Below are positions 53,089 through 62,600 of a DNA stretch of 64,000 bases, one piece after another. The notes beneath the pieces are model-generated. The model did not search any database, was not told where the DNA came from, and saw only the letters and a program-made list of their open reading frames with translations. How positions within the stretch are numbered: position 1 is the stretch's first letter; each line of letters starts with the position of its first letter. The position numbers were made by a program, and so were the translations under genes. This DNA is from a virus: positions 1-64,000 of IMG/VR virus record IMGVR_UViG_3300033566_000060; one strand, written 5' to 3'.

Positions 53089-53182
53089 TGGTGTCATTGG
53101 GATTCGAACCCAAAAGAAGGACTTATTTTCGTTTGCCTCTAACCGAATTCGGTACACCGTTTAGCCGTTCCGGCATAACACC
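53089..53182 (-). ncRNA. tRNA-like element with aberrant anticodon region
   Basis: The minus strand has acceptor GGTGTTA/TGACACC, D-arm CCG-GAACGGCTAAA-CGG, and T-arm TTGGG-TTCGAAT-CCCAA. The middle 42 nt (containing the palindrome ACCGAATTCGGT) gives no 5-bp stem with a 7-nt anticodon loop. Confidence 0.4.
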
Positions 53183-53228
53183 AATTTCAAATATAAATAA
53201 ATTTTTAAACTTCCAATACTTTTTTTTA

Positions 53229-53236
53229 TAAATTTG
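53229..53236 (+). promoter_or_regulatory. -7 promoter box TAAATTTG
   Basis: TAnnTTTG match about 33 nt upstream of ATG 53269. Confidence 0.45.
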
Positions 53237-53268
53237 TAGGGCAACGTAGCAATAAAAAAAACAAAACC

Positions 53269-53757
53269 ATGGAACAACCAAACAAAGACAAAAAAAAATT
53301 AGCACTTAGTGTAAAAGTTATCGATCCGGATAAGGTGAAATTTACGGACACCGAATTGGCACAGCACAAAAAAGTTCAGAAAGACAACAAAACCGAAGCG
53401 AAAGCCAAGGTGATTTCTGAAAAATCAGGAATGGATTTAGATACCAAAACAGGTACTATGAATCCAAGACCGTATGAAAAAAGATTGATCAAAGCCAAGG
53501 AAGGTTCTGGAAAACAATCGATGGTTGTTGATGGCGGTGGTAAGGTATTATCGAAAGCAGTACCGGGAACGCGTCAGGCAGAAGAGCAGGAACGCAATTA
53601 CAAATCCGATAGTACGATGACGGTAAACGCCAGAAAGCGAAATTCCGAACTGAACGAAATTCAAATGGACCGAGGCACCAACACCAAAGAATTTAAAAAA
53701 AGAATTCAAAAAGCGGAAGCCGAGGAAAAATACAACCAAAAAAATTACAAAAAATAA
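53269..53757 (+). CDS. hypothetical lysine-rich protein
   Basis: 162-aa K/E-rich ORF, apparently low in hydrophobic core residues. Confidence 0.6.
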   Translation: MEQPNKDKKKLALSVKVIDPDKVKFTDTELAQHKKVQKDNKTEAKAKVISEKSGMDLDTKTGTMNPRPYEKRLIKAKEGSGKQSMVVDGGGKVLSKAVPGTRQAEEQERNYKSDSTMTVNARKRNSELNEIQMDRGTNTKEFKKRIQKAEAEEKYNQKNYKK

Positions 53758-53760
53758 AAA

Positions 53761-53788
53761 AAGAGGCGTTATGCCTCTTTTTTTTTAT
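53761..53788. terminator. bidirectional terminator
   Basis: AAGAGGC-gttat-GCCTCTT flanked by A- and T-runs, between convergent ORFs. Confidence 0.75.
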
Positions 53789-54168
53789 CTCATATAACTT
53801 GCTAATATGGTACCGCTTTCACTTCGGACAAATACCGCTTGTATTTTTTCAGTAAAATCAAACTCAATATAGTATTTTGTTTTGTTTTTCTCCACTAAGA
53901 AACTTTTGTAATCATTATAGTCATTTAAAGTCTCGATGATTTTGTATTCGGAATCTTTCACTACCTCTTCCGTAACATCCACATTGGTGATGATTACGTA
54001 CTTGTTTTTAATCTTCACCGCAATTGCTCTGTCCGGAGTGGCTACCACCATATCTCCCAAACGATTGTCGTTAAGCACTACTTTTTCCACATTCATGTAG
54101 GTTCCGTCTTTTTGAGCAAACGCAGTTAAAGACACGAATAAAACGAATAACATAAATAACTTTTTCAT
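53785..54168 (-). CDS. secreted protein (signal peptide), opposite-strand moron in the late module
   Basis: MKKLFMLFVLFVSLTAFAQ signal sequence. It is the only minus-strand ORF within the 47.8-64 kb module listed here that does not lie inside a longer plus-strand ORF. Confidence 0.7.
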   Translation of the reverse strand: MKKLFMLFVLFVSLTAFAQKDGTYMNVEKVVLNDNRLGDMVVATPDRAIAVKIKNKYVIITNVDVTEEVVKDSEYKIIETLNDYNDYKSFLVEKNKTKYYIEFDFTEKIQAVFVRSESGTILASYMR

Positions 54169-54275
54169 AATAAGGGTTTGTTTATTGGTTCATAGCTAAA
54201 CTACATAAAAATTTTGATAAAAAAAGTACTATAGAAAAATAATATAGGAATAGTTGTAGCAATAGATTTTTTTTA

Positions 54276-54283
54276 TACATTTG
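54276..54283 (+). promoter_or_regulatory. -7 promoter box TACATTTG
   Basis: TAnnTTTG match about 35 nt upstream of ATG 54318. Confidence 0.5.
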
Positions 54284-54317
54284 TTTCATTATACTATTTT
54301 AATTAAATCTAAATAAG

Positions 54318-55505
54318 ATGATTGACGATACGATTGGCAAACCAGAAGGCGCTGAAGAACAGAATCAGGACTTCAGTCAGGATACGGATAACGTAGAAAC
54401 GCAAGAGCCTGTTTTTACATTCAAGACCTTTGAAGACACTGCGGATTTAAACCAGAGAGTCAACGAAGAAGAAACCGATTTCGAAGAAGAGGAAGAAGAG
54501 CAGGACGAAATCGTGGATTTGGAAGCATTAAGAAATGATCCGGATTACGAGTTTGAAGAAGAATTCGAAGAAGAGGAGGAAGAAGAAGAAATTCCAACAC
54601 CAAGCCTTGACATCGAAACTGCTTTCAACTTTTTGAAAAAAGAAAAAAATATCGATGCTGAAAGTATCGACGAGTTCATTGAAAGAATACAGAACAATAG
54701 CAAGGAAACTTCGGAAGCATTACCGGAGGACGTAGCCAAGTTCATCGAGTTCCGTAAGGAAACCGGCAACACGAGTTACGAGGATTTCCTTGCCACACAA
54801 AAGGACTGGACGCAAGAGGATAGCGAAGTGGTTTTGAAAACCTATTTAAAATCCCAGAATCCGGGACTTACTGATAAAGAAATTGATTTCAAGTTCAGAA
54901 AGAACTATAGTTACGACGAAGACTTCGACGACGAAGACGTAGTAATGGAAAAAGAGATTAACAAAAAACAGGATTTGCAGAAAGCGTATCAGGTATTGGA
55001 CGCTCAAAAGGAAAAATACAAAGTCAACAGAGGTTCTGAAAACTTTATTCCGGAAGAGTATAAAAACGCCTACAAAGCGGTGGAGCAGATGCAACAACAG
55101 AATGCATTAAACCAAGAGTTTACCCAAAAGGTACGACAGGATTTTCTAAACAAGACGGAGCAGGTTTTTTCCAAAGATTTTGAAGGTTTCAAAGTCAACG
55201 CAGACGGAAAGGAATTTGTGGTAAAAGTAAACAATCTTGACGAGGTAAAATCAAGACAGTCCGATTTGGTGAATTTTGAGAAAAAGTTCTTTGACCAAAA
55301 CAACAATTGTATCGATCCGCAAGGGTACCATAAAGCGCTGTACGCAGCCTACGATCCAGACGGATTTGCAGAACACTTTATCAATATTGGTAAAGCGATG
55401 CAAGCCGAAGAAGACGAGCGCATCTCCAAGAACATAACCATGGACACAACGCAAAAGGTACCGCAGGGGAATCCGATGGGATTAACGGTTAAAGTAGTCA
55501 AATAA
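54318..55505 (+). CDS. scaffolding protein
   Basis: Highly acidic (E/D runs), helical, and immediately upstream of the capsid gene. Confidence 0.6.
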   Translation: MIDDTIGKPEGAEEQNQDFSQDTDNVETQEPVFTFKTFEDTADLNQRVNEEETDFEEEEEEQDEIVDLEALRNDPDYEFEEEFEEEEEEEEIPTPSLDIETAFNFLKKEKNIDAESIDEFIERIQNNSKETSEALPEDVAKFIEFRKETGNTSYEDFLATQKDWTQEDSEVVLKTYLKSQNPGLTDKEIDFKFRKNYSYDEDFDDEDVVMEKEINKKQDLQKAYQVLDAQKEKYKVNRGSENFIPEEYKNAYKAVEQMQQQNALNQEFTQKVRQDFLNKTEQVFSKDFEGFKVNADGKEFVVKVNNLDEVKSRQSDLVNFEKKFFDQNNNCIDPQGYHKALYAAYDPDGFAEHFINIGKAMQAEEDERISKNITMDTTQKVPQGNPMGLTVKVVK

Positions 55506-55560
55506 TCAAGGGTTTGATTTGTTCTAAACAATTTTGACTAACAAAAACCAATTTTAAATT

Positions 55561-56889
55561 ATGGCACTAGCAGCTATTCCGGGTGTTAAATTCACCCCAA
55601 CACCAACAGCAGTACCAACACCTGCTAACTATTTGGGAAGCGATGATTTCGACTTCTTGAATCAGTACTACCCAGAGTTGTACAACCAAATCCACAACCG
55701 TTTCGGATCGCAAGATATTACCGGGATGTTAGAGTTGATGGGTAAAGAAATGCCGTTTGAATCGGACGTAATCAAATGGACAGAAGAAGGACGTTTAGAT
55801 CAATTAGCTACAGGGGTGACTCGCGCGGCCAATGTGTTCACATTAAACGACCACACATTAAGAGTAAACGAGACTATCGACGTGCGTAACGCAGACGGTT
55901 CCGTGGAAAGAGCAGGTCTTATTACCGATGTGACTACCAACACGTTTACCGCTTTGTGTGGTGATGCGGCAGGATGGACAGCATTAGGGACTACCGCATT
56001 AACTCTTTTTGGTTACGGTACGGAGTTTAAGAAACGCACTTCTGGTATGGCTTCGTCTTTAAACTCTCAGGTAGAGTACTTCAACCAATCTCCGGTAATC
56101 ATCAAAGAGGTGGTGGATGAAAGCGGTTCGAACCTAGCGCAAAGAACGTGGTTACAGATTTCGGATGCTAACGGAAACTCCGGTTTCGTATGGTACTTCA
56201 AAAACTACAAAGACACCGAAAAACGTTTCAAAAACAAAATCGAGTCAGAGCTTATCAAAGGTAAGTTATGGGCGGGTGATTTGGCAGCCGCAGGGTACCA
56301 AGGTACACAAGGTATGTTCTCTGCAGCAGCAGAAGGAAACTTGTTTGCAGGACCGGCAACTGATTTGGCAGATTTCGACGAAATCATCGAAAGAATGAAC
56401 GCTCAGGGAGGTATCTCACAAAACTATTTGTACAACACTACTGCTCAGGGATTAGCCATCGACGACTTCTTAAAACAAGAACAATTGACAGGTTTATCGT
56501 GGGGAGCATTCGACAACAACAAAGACATGGCTTTGAACCTAGAGTTTAAAGGATTCCATAGAGGTGGTTTCGAATTCTACAAATCACGTTGGAGATTCTT
56601 GGATAACCCGACAGGAGAGGGTTCTAAAGTAGGTGCTTCTAAAGTACACGCGGTAATGATTCCTTCGGGTTCAAAAGCGGTGTACGATGTAATCAAAGGA
56701 GAGTCTGCAACACAACCGATGCTTCACGTTCGTTACCGTGCTAACAACAAAACCAACCGTAAATACAAAATTACGATGACTGGGGCTGAAGCGGGTAACT
56801 CACGCGTGGACGAACTAATCACGGATTTCATGACTGAAAGAGCATTATGCGCTTTGGGTAGAAATAACATGATGCTGTTCAAGGGCTAG
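55561..56889 (+). CDS. major capsid protein
   Basis: 442-aa ORF after the scaffold gene, followed by a strong terminator. Gene order is portal-scaffold-capsid. Confidence 0.7.
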   Translation: MALAAIPGVKFTPTPTAVPTPANYLGSDDFDFLNQYYPELYNQIHNRFGSQDITGMLELMGKEMPFESDVIKWTEEGRLDQLATGVTRAANVFTLNDHTLRVNETIDVRNADGSVERAGLITDVTTNTFTALCGDAAGWTALGTTALTLFGYGTEFKKRTSGMASSLNSQVEYFNQSPVIIKEVVDESGSNLAQRTWLQISDANGNSGFVWYFKNYKDTEKRFKNKIESELIKGKLWAGDLAAAGYQGTQGMFSAAAEGNLFAGPATDLADFDEIIERMNAQGGISQNYLYNTTAQGLAIDDFLKQEQLTGLSWGAFDNNKDMALNLEFKGFHRGGFEFYKSRWRFLDNPTGEGSKVGASKVHAVMIPSGSKAVYDVIKGESATQPMLHVRYRANNKTNRKYKITMTGAEAGNSRVDELITDFMTERALCALGRNNMMLFKG

Positions 56890-56911
56890 ACAACCCAAAA
56901 AATAAATCAAA

Positions 56912-56940
56912 GGCACAATGTAACCGTTGTGCCTTTTTTT
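56912..56940 (+). terminator. rho-independent terminator
   Basis: GGCACAA-tgtaaccg-TTGTGCC followed by T7. Confidence 0.75.
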
Positions 56941-56969
56941 AAATCAAATTTTAATTTAATCTATACATT

Positions 56970-57941
56970 ATGGCAGGAGCTAACAATACGGACGAAAAAA
57001 AAGTCCAAGAAGAAACCGTTGATGCGGCAAAAAACGTAGCAGCAATTACTACAAAACCGGAAGAAACACAAGAGAAGGAACCGATGATTCCTTTATCGGA
57101 AGTGGAAAAACTGATTGAGAAGAAAATGGCAGAGCGTGAAGCGCAAGCGCCACAATCGATTCAGAAAACACCGGTTTATGATAAGAAGATGACCAATCTG
57201 GATGATATTCCGGAATTGCGCGACTTCGAATTAAAAGACCGTATCTACGTTTTAGTGGACGGCACCAAACCACCATCTTACGGAATCCGATTACGTCACA
57301 AAACGCTATCTCCGTTACAGTATTACAATTCAGAAACCAACATCAACCATTCTTTGCGTTATGCTACCAACCAAAACTCGTTCTTTATGGACAAGCAGGA
57401 GGGGGAAGCAATGACCACCCACCTATCCATTAAAAACGGAATTATGCGATTGCCAAAAGAAGAGGCGAACTTGCAGAAATTCCTTCATATCCACCCGGAT
57501 AAAAACAATCTTTGGAAAGAGTTGGACGTGACCGTAGAGAACAATAAAATGATTGCGGAAGAAGACTTGCTTTTCGAAGCACAGAAATTGGCACGAGAGG
57601 TTAAGTACACGACCTTGGAAGCGGTAGCGCGAATTATTTGTCCTGCTTATGATGATACGTGGACAGTTTCAGAAGTGAAAGCACAAGTGTATCAGGAATT
57701 GAAAAAAGATCCGGCACGCTTCACGAGAATCGCCAACGACGAGAGCATCGAAATCAAAGGAAATGTAAAGACTGCTTTAAAACGAGGAATTATCTCGTAC
57801 AAAAACTTCAAGTACATTTCGGATAAAGGGGACGTTCTTTTGGAAGTACCGAGACACGAAGATGAATTGGACGCTTTTGTAGCGTGGACAGAAACCAACA
57901 AAGGGGGAATCTTCTACCAATACATTAAAGGACAGCTATAA
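56970..57941 (+). CDS. virion structural protein (unknown role)
   Basis: 323-aa ORF in the late module. Confidence 0.65.
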   Translation: MAGANNTDEKKVQEETVDAAKNVAAITTKPEETQEKEPMIPLSEVEKLIEKKMAEREAQAPQSIQKTPVYDKKMTNLDDIPELRDFELKDRIYVLVDGTKPPSYGIRLRHKTLSPLQYYNSETNINHSLRYATNQNSFFMDKQEGEAMTTHLSIKNGIMRLPKEEANLQKFLHIHPDKNNLWKELDVTVENNKMIAEEDLLFEAQKLAREVKYTTLEAVARIICPAYDDTWTVSEVKAQVYQELKKDPARFTRIANDESIEIKGNVKTALKRGIISYKNFKYISDKGDVLLEVPRHEDELDAFVAWTETNKGGIFYQYIKGQL

Positions 57942-57962
57942 CAAGCGAGAGTTTCAATGAAA

Positions 57963-57992
57963 AAGCCGACTGTAATTAGTCGGCTTTTTATG
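57963..57992 (+). terminator. rho-independent terminator
   Basis: AAGCCGAC-tgtaattag-GTCGGCTT followed by a T-run. Confidence 0.7.
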
Positions 57993-58049
57993 TTTTACGT
58001 GACACTATAACAAAATAATATTAAAACTCAATACCTTATAGATTTTTTT

Positions 58050-58057
58050 TATCTTTG
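58050..58057 (+). promoter_or_regulatory. -7 promoter box TATCTTTG
   Basis: TAnnTTTG match overlapping the track TTG start at 58055, which argues for the ATG at 58076. Confidence 0.5.
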
Positions 58058-58075
58058 TTTTTAAATCAATGTGTT

Positions 58076-58807
58076 ATGATAAGCATCAACAGGGTTCGAA
58101 ATACCGTAATGTTCCTATTAGAAAAAGAAAATAGGGGATATATTTCGCCAACAGCATTCGATTCGTACTGCGATTTGGCACAGATAGCAATCTTTGAGGA
58201 TTTGTTTTACGAGTACAATGCGTGGCTGAATAAAGAAAACAAACGGTTGACCGGTACGGAATTTGCCAATATCCCGAAAAACTTGCGCCAACAAATTGAT
58301 GTGTTCACCAACTACACTACCAACGCTAACTTCACCTACGACACGCCGAACAATCTTTGGGCATACACCGGAAGTGATTTGTACCGACCTATGGCATTTT
58401 CTTTGGTAACAACCGCCACTGGAAAAAAAGTAGATATTGAAGAGGTGAGCAAATCGGAACTGAACATGCTGATGAACTCCGACAAGGTAGCGCCGACAAC
58501 CACTTGGCCGGCGTATATAAAATTAGGGGATGCGTTTCGTATTTTCCCTACCGTTCCCGCAGGATATTCCGTGGAGATGTTCTACATCCGAAGACCGAAA
58601 ACTCCGAAGTGGACATTTACCAATGCGGGCGGTAATCCAGTGTACAATCCGAGTGCTTCCGATTTGCAGAACATTGAATTAGAAGAAAGCCTTTATCCGA
58701 AACTTATTGTTAAGGTAATGGGCTATTGCGGGGTTTCCATACGAGAAGCCGATGTAGTGAACATAGCATCCGGAGAAGAAGCAAAAACAACAGCAAAACA
58801 AAGCTAA
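58076..58807 (+). CDS. virion structural protein (adaptor/tail-proximal candidate)
   Basis: 243 aa. Start moved to ATG 58076. Role inferred from position after the capsid genes. Confidence 0.65.
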   Translation: MISINRVRNTVMFLLEKENRGYISPTAFDSYCDLAQIAIFEDLFYEYNAWLNKENKRLTGTEFANIPKNLRQQIDVFTNYTTNANFTYDTPNNLWAYTGSDLYRPMAFSLVTTATGKKVDIEEVSKSELNMLMNSDKVAPTTTWPAYIKLGDAFRIFPTVPAGYSVEMFYIRRPKTPKWTFTNAGGNPVYNPSASDLQNIELEESLYPKLIVKVMGYCGVSIREADVVNIASGEEAKTTAKQS

Positions 58808-58810
58808 AAA

Positions 58811-59662
58811 ATGGCACAGACAAATCCTTACGACTATTATACCAACGAAGAGAATCACGGAAATTTTCAGTACGTCGATTTGGTGAACCTGGTAAACAAC
58901 TTCATGCAACAATATACCGGCGACGATAAATTGTTGGGATATACCAAAAGACATAATGTGTTGTACTGGATGAAATCGGGGATTCAACAGTTCACTTTCA
59001 GCGCTTTGAAAGAAGTAAAAGCGGTGGAATTGGAATTGGGCGATGCCTACGATATTATCATGCCACCGGATTACGTCAACTACGTGCGTATCTCATGGCT
59101 GAATACCACCACCGGAGAATTACACCCAATGGGAGAGAACAGAAATCTTACCATGGCGACTTCCTACCTACAGGATCACGAAGCAAACATCTTATTCGAC
59201 AATGATGGCTATGTATTGGAAGGCACTTCGGCTACCGAGATTATCAATAAAAACCTGCCGGGGGCCGATGGGTACCGTTGTCTTTCGATTTGCGAAGACC
59301 AACAATGGCGATTGGACACGTCCAAGAATTATAACGGCAGTTTCAATATTGAAAAGCGCACCGGAAGGATTCATTTCAGTTCCGATGTGGCAAGCAAAAT
59401 CATTGTCTTGGAATACATTTCAGACGGATTGGAATACGAGTCGGAATCCAATATTATGGTACACAAATTTGCGGAAATCGCATTGTACGATTGGGTAAAA
59501 TGGAACCTGCTTACCAATAAAGTGGGAATGCAGGATTACGAAAAACGAAGAGCGAAGAGTGATTACGATACTTCGTTCAGAAACGCAAAGATAAAACTAA
59601 TGAATATCAAGATTGCAGAAGTAATGCAACAGTTGAAATTCAGAAACAAATGGGTGAAATAA
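58811..59662 (+). CDS. virion structural protein
   Basis: 283-aa ORF, tightly linked to its neighbours. Confidence 0.65.
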   Translation: MAQTNPYDYYTNEENHGNFQYVDLVNLVNNFMQQYTGDDKLLGYTKRHNVLYWMKSGIQQFTFSALKEVKAVELELGDAYDIIMPPDYVNYVRISWLNTTTGELHPMGENRNLTMATSYLQDHEANILFDNDGYVLEGTSATEIINKNLPGADGYRCLSICEDQQWRLDTSKNYNGSFNIEKRTGRIHFSSDVASKIIVLEYISDGLEYESESNIMVHKFAEIALYDWVKWNLLTNKVGMQDYEKRRAKSDYDTSFRNAKIKLMNIKIAEVMQQLKFRNKWVK

Positions 59663-59666
59663 GTTA

Positions 59667-62600
59667 TGGCAAAAATTCAAAACAGTTTCAGCAAAGGAAT
59701 TATCGACAAAGATAATGACGAACGTTATGTAGAAAACGGAGCGTTAATCGATGCCGAGAATTTTGTCGTATCAACCACTGAAGGTTCCAATTTAGGAGTT
59801 GGTAAAAATGTACCGGGCAATGTAAAGGTGTCTAACTTCAACATTCCTGGAGGAAAAAATGTCGGCACCGGAATAAACGAAAGAAAAAACAAAGTCTATG
59901 ATTTTGTAAAAGGCACATTGCACGATTACATCATCGAGTTCGACGTGGAAACAGAAACGCACGCCATCGTATTGCAGGATGTGACGGGTGGGGTATTAAA
60001 CTTTATTGAAGGAGAGCGCATTATAAATGTAAATATTATCTCTACCGGAGAAGAGCAGGATGATTTGTTGGCGTGGTCCGGAGACAGCAACCCGCCGAGA
60101 ATCGTGAATATCGAAAGAGCAAAGACGTGGAGTTTGGGTGGCTTTACCGAAGATGAAATCTCGGTAATGAAACCATCGCCTATTTTTGCACCAAGCGTTA
60201 ACCTTACCACAAGCCTTGACGGTTTGGAGAACAACTTTTTAGAGGACAAATTCATTTGCTTTGCTTACCGATACAAATATGCAGACGGATTTTATTCTGC
60301 TCCGAGTTCATGGTCGAGAGTTGCTTTCGAACCGAGACAGTTCAGAGTGGATTTTCAAACCTACGAGAACAACGGAATGCTCAACCTTTCCAACGCAGCA
60401 GAAGTAGGATTTAATGTAGGGCCAAGAGAAGTTTTGGAAGTGGAATTGCTTTTCAGGGAAAGCAACTCTCAGACCGTATATGTAATCGATAGTTTCAATA
60501 AAGAGAAAGAAGCATGGGCTAATAACACCACGCAGACTTTTGAGTTTTCAAAAAGTAAGGTGTTCAAAGTATTGCCGGAGGATCAGTTTTTCAGAAATTT
60601 CGACAATGTGCCGTTGAGCGCTTTTGCACAGACAATGATCGGAAATAGGATTGCGTATGCCAACTACATCGAGGGGTATGATTTAGGCGTGGATATTGAT
60701 ATGCTTGTGGAATTGGTATCTACTGTTCCGTTTTTATCCGAAAACAACGGCACTCCAAACAACTATGTGGACGTTACCGATTATTCAAACGTGGTGGATT
60801 TTGAAGATGGTAATGCGGACGGAGGGACTTCGCCGGTAAACCAAATGAACTACACCACCAATGTAGTAGAAATGGACTTGACGGGTGCTACCGGTGCTGA
60901 TTTCAGTATTAAAATAACACCAAAAGCCATTTATTCATCGGTGCCATATAATATATTGGTGAAAAGTGGCGCAACTACGGTAGCTACATTCTCCGGAGTA
61001 GGCACGGAAACAAAGATTTATACCAGAACAACCGATGCAGATATATCGGTTTATGTGATTTCTACACAAGGACTTATCTATGATTGTGAGTTAAAATACC
61101 AAATAAAGAACGGGGTTATATACATTTCAAAATACATTTACCAGGCGGTTCACCAATTGTCGTTTCCGAAATCCACCGGTTACGGAGCAACGCATGTTGG
61201 AGATACGATAATCGATTCAAGTATTGAATTTGATTTGACTGGATTTTTATATGAATCCGGAAATCAGATTCGTATCAACATGGAACTACAGTCTTCGTTG
61301 GAAGGGCAGACATCGCCATCGGTAACGTTTTTTTACAATCTTACCAATAATTATACTGATTTAACTGATTTTATTACTAATTCCGACTTCAAAAACTCGT
61401 TGGAGAATGTATTCTCAGAGAGCTTTAAACTATCAGAGATAAGCAACTCCGGTACTTTTGTTTCCTACCAAGGTTTCAAAGTTACTTATGTGGGAAGTAT
61501 TTTAACGATACGCACTCCAAAAGTAGTATATGATGTGACAGAACTATCTGCAATCACCGAGAATAAAAACGAATTCTTTATCGTTACCGAAGCGGAATTA
61601 TTGTCGGTAAAAAACGGATCGTTCACCAGTTTGCACAGCAACAGAGATGTGGAGGTGTGTCAGATTTATTTGGACGAGAAAGGACGTAAGACTACCGCAT
61701 TGGTTTCGCCAAATAACAGCGTACATATCCCGGCAGAAAAAAGCAGTTTTGTAAACAAACTGAAAGTAACGTTGAATCACCAACCTCCGGCATGGGCGAA
61801 ATACTATAAGTTCGGGGTTAAACAGGTGAAGAAGCAGTATGAAACCATTTATGGCAACCAAGTTTATAAAGATGGTATTTACCGTTGGATAAAATTGGTA
61901 GGTGAAAATAAAAACAAAGTCAAAGAAGGGGATTTACTTACTGTAAAATCCGATTATTCAGGACCGTTAGAATATTTGGTGAAAGCCAAAGTATTGGAGA
62001 TAAAAGAGCAAGACAAAAACTTTATTGTCGGCAACCTATTATCGGGAGGAAATGAATTAGTAGAGGAAAGCGGGCTTTACATGAAAATAAAGCAAGGGAA
62101 TTTCGACATCAACATAGATGAAAATTCCTTTATGACATTTTCAGGTAGTGGGAAAAGAAGATACGCTTCACGATCATTTGTATCGACTTCCCCTTTATTC
62201 GGGGAGTATTCAGGAATGACTTTCACCCCGATTGAGGTTAAAGCAGGTTCGCAGATACGTTTTTATGTGAGTATCAAGGCTTTTGGCGCTATTGCTTTCA
62301 ACCACGTATTTGAGGTAATCACCTATGCTCAGGAAGATTATGCAAGAGTACAGTATTGGTGGGAAGCGGAAATCGGTGTGTTGGACGGTTGGAACAACTT
62401 CCAAGCTAACTATTTAAAAGATTGGCAGTTTGGCACTGACGGTAGTGATTTTCAGGTAAAACCTTGGAGGGACGGTACTGCATCGAGAGATATAATGACA
62501 GACATTACTTTTGACATTAATTTCTCCGGCGGGACTTTGGTTTTTGAAACCGAGCCGTTTGAGAACCTGGCAACGTCCTTTTTTGAGACTCCGGAAACTT

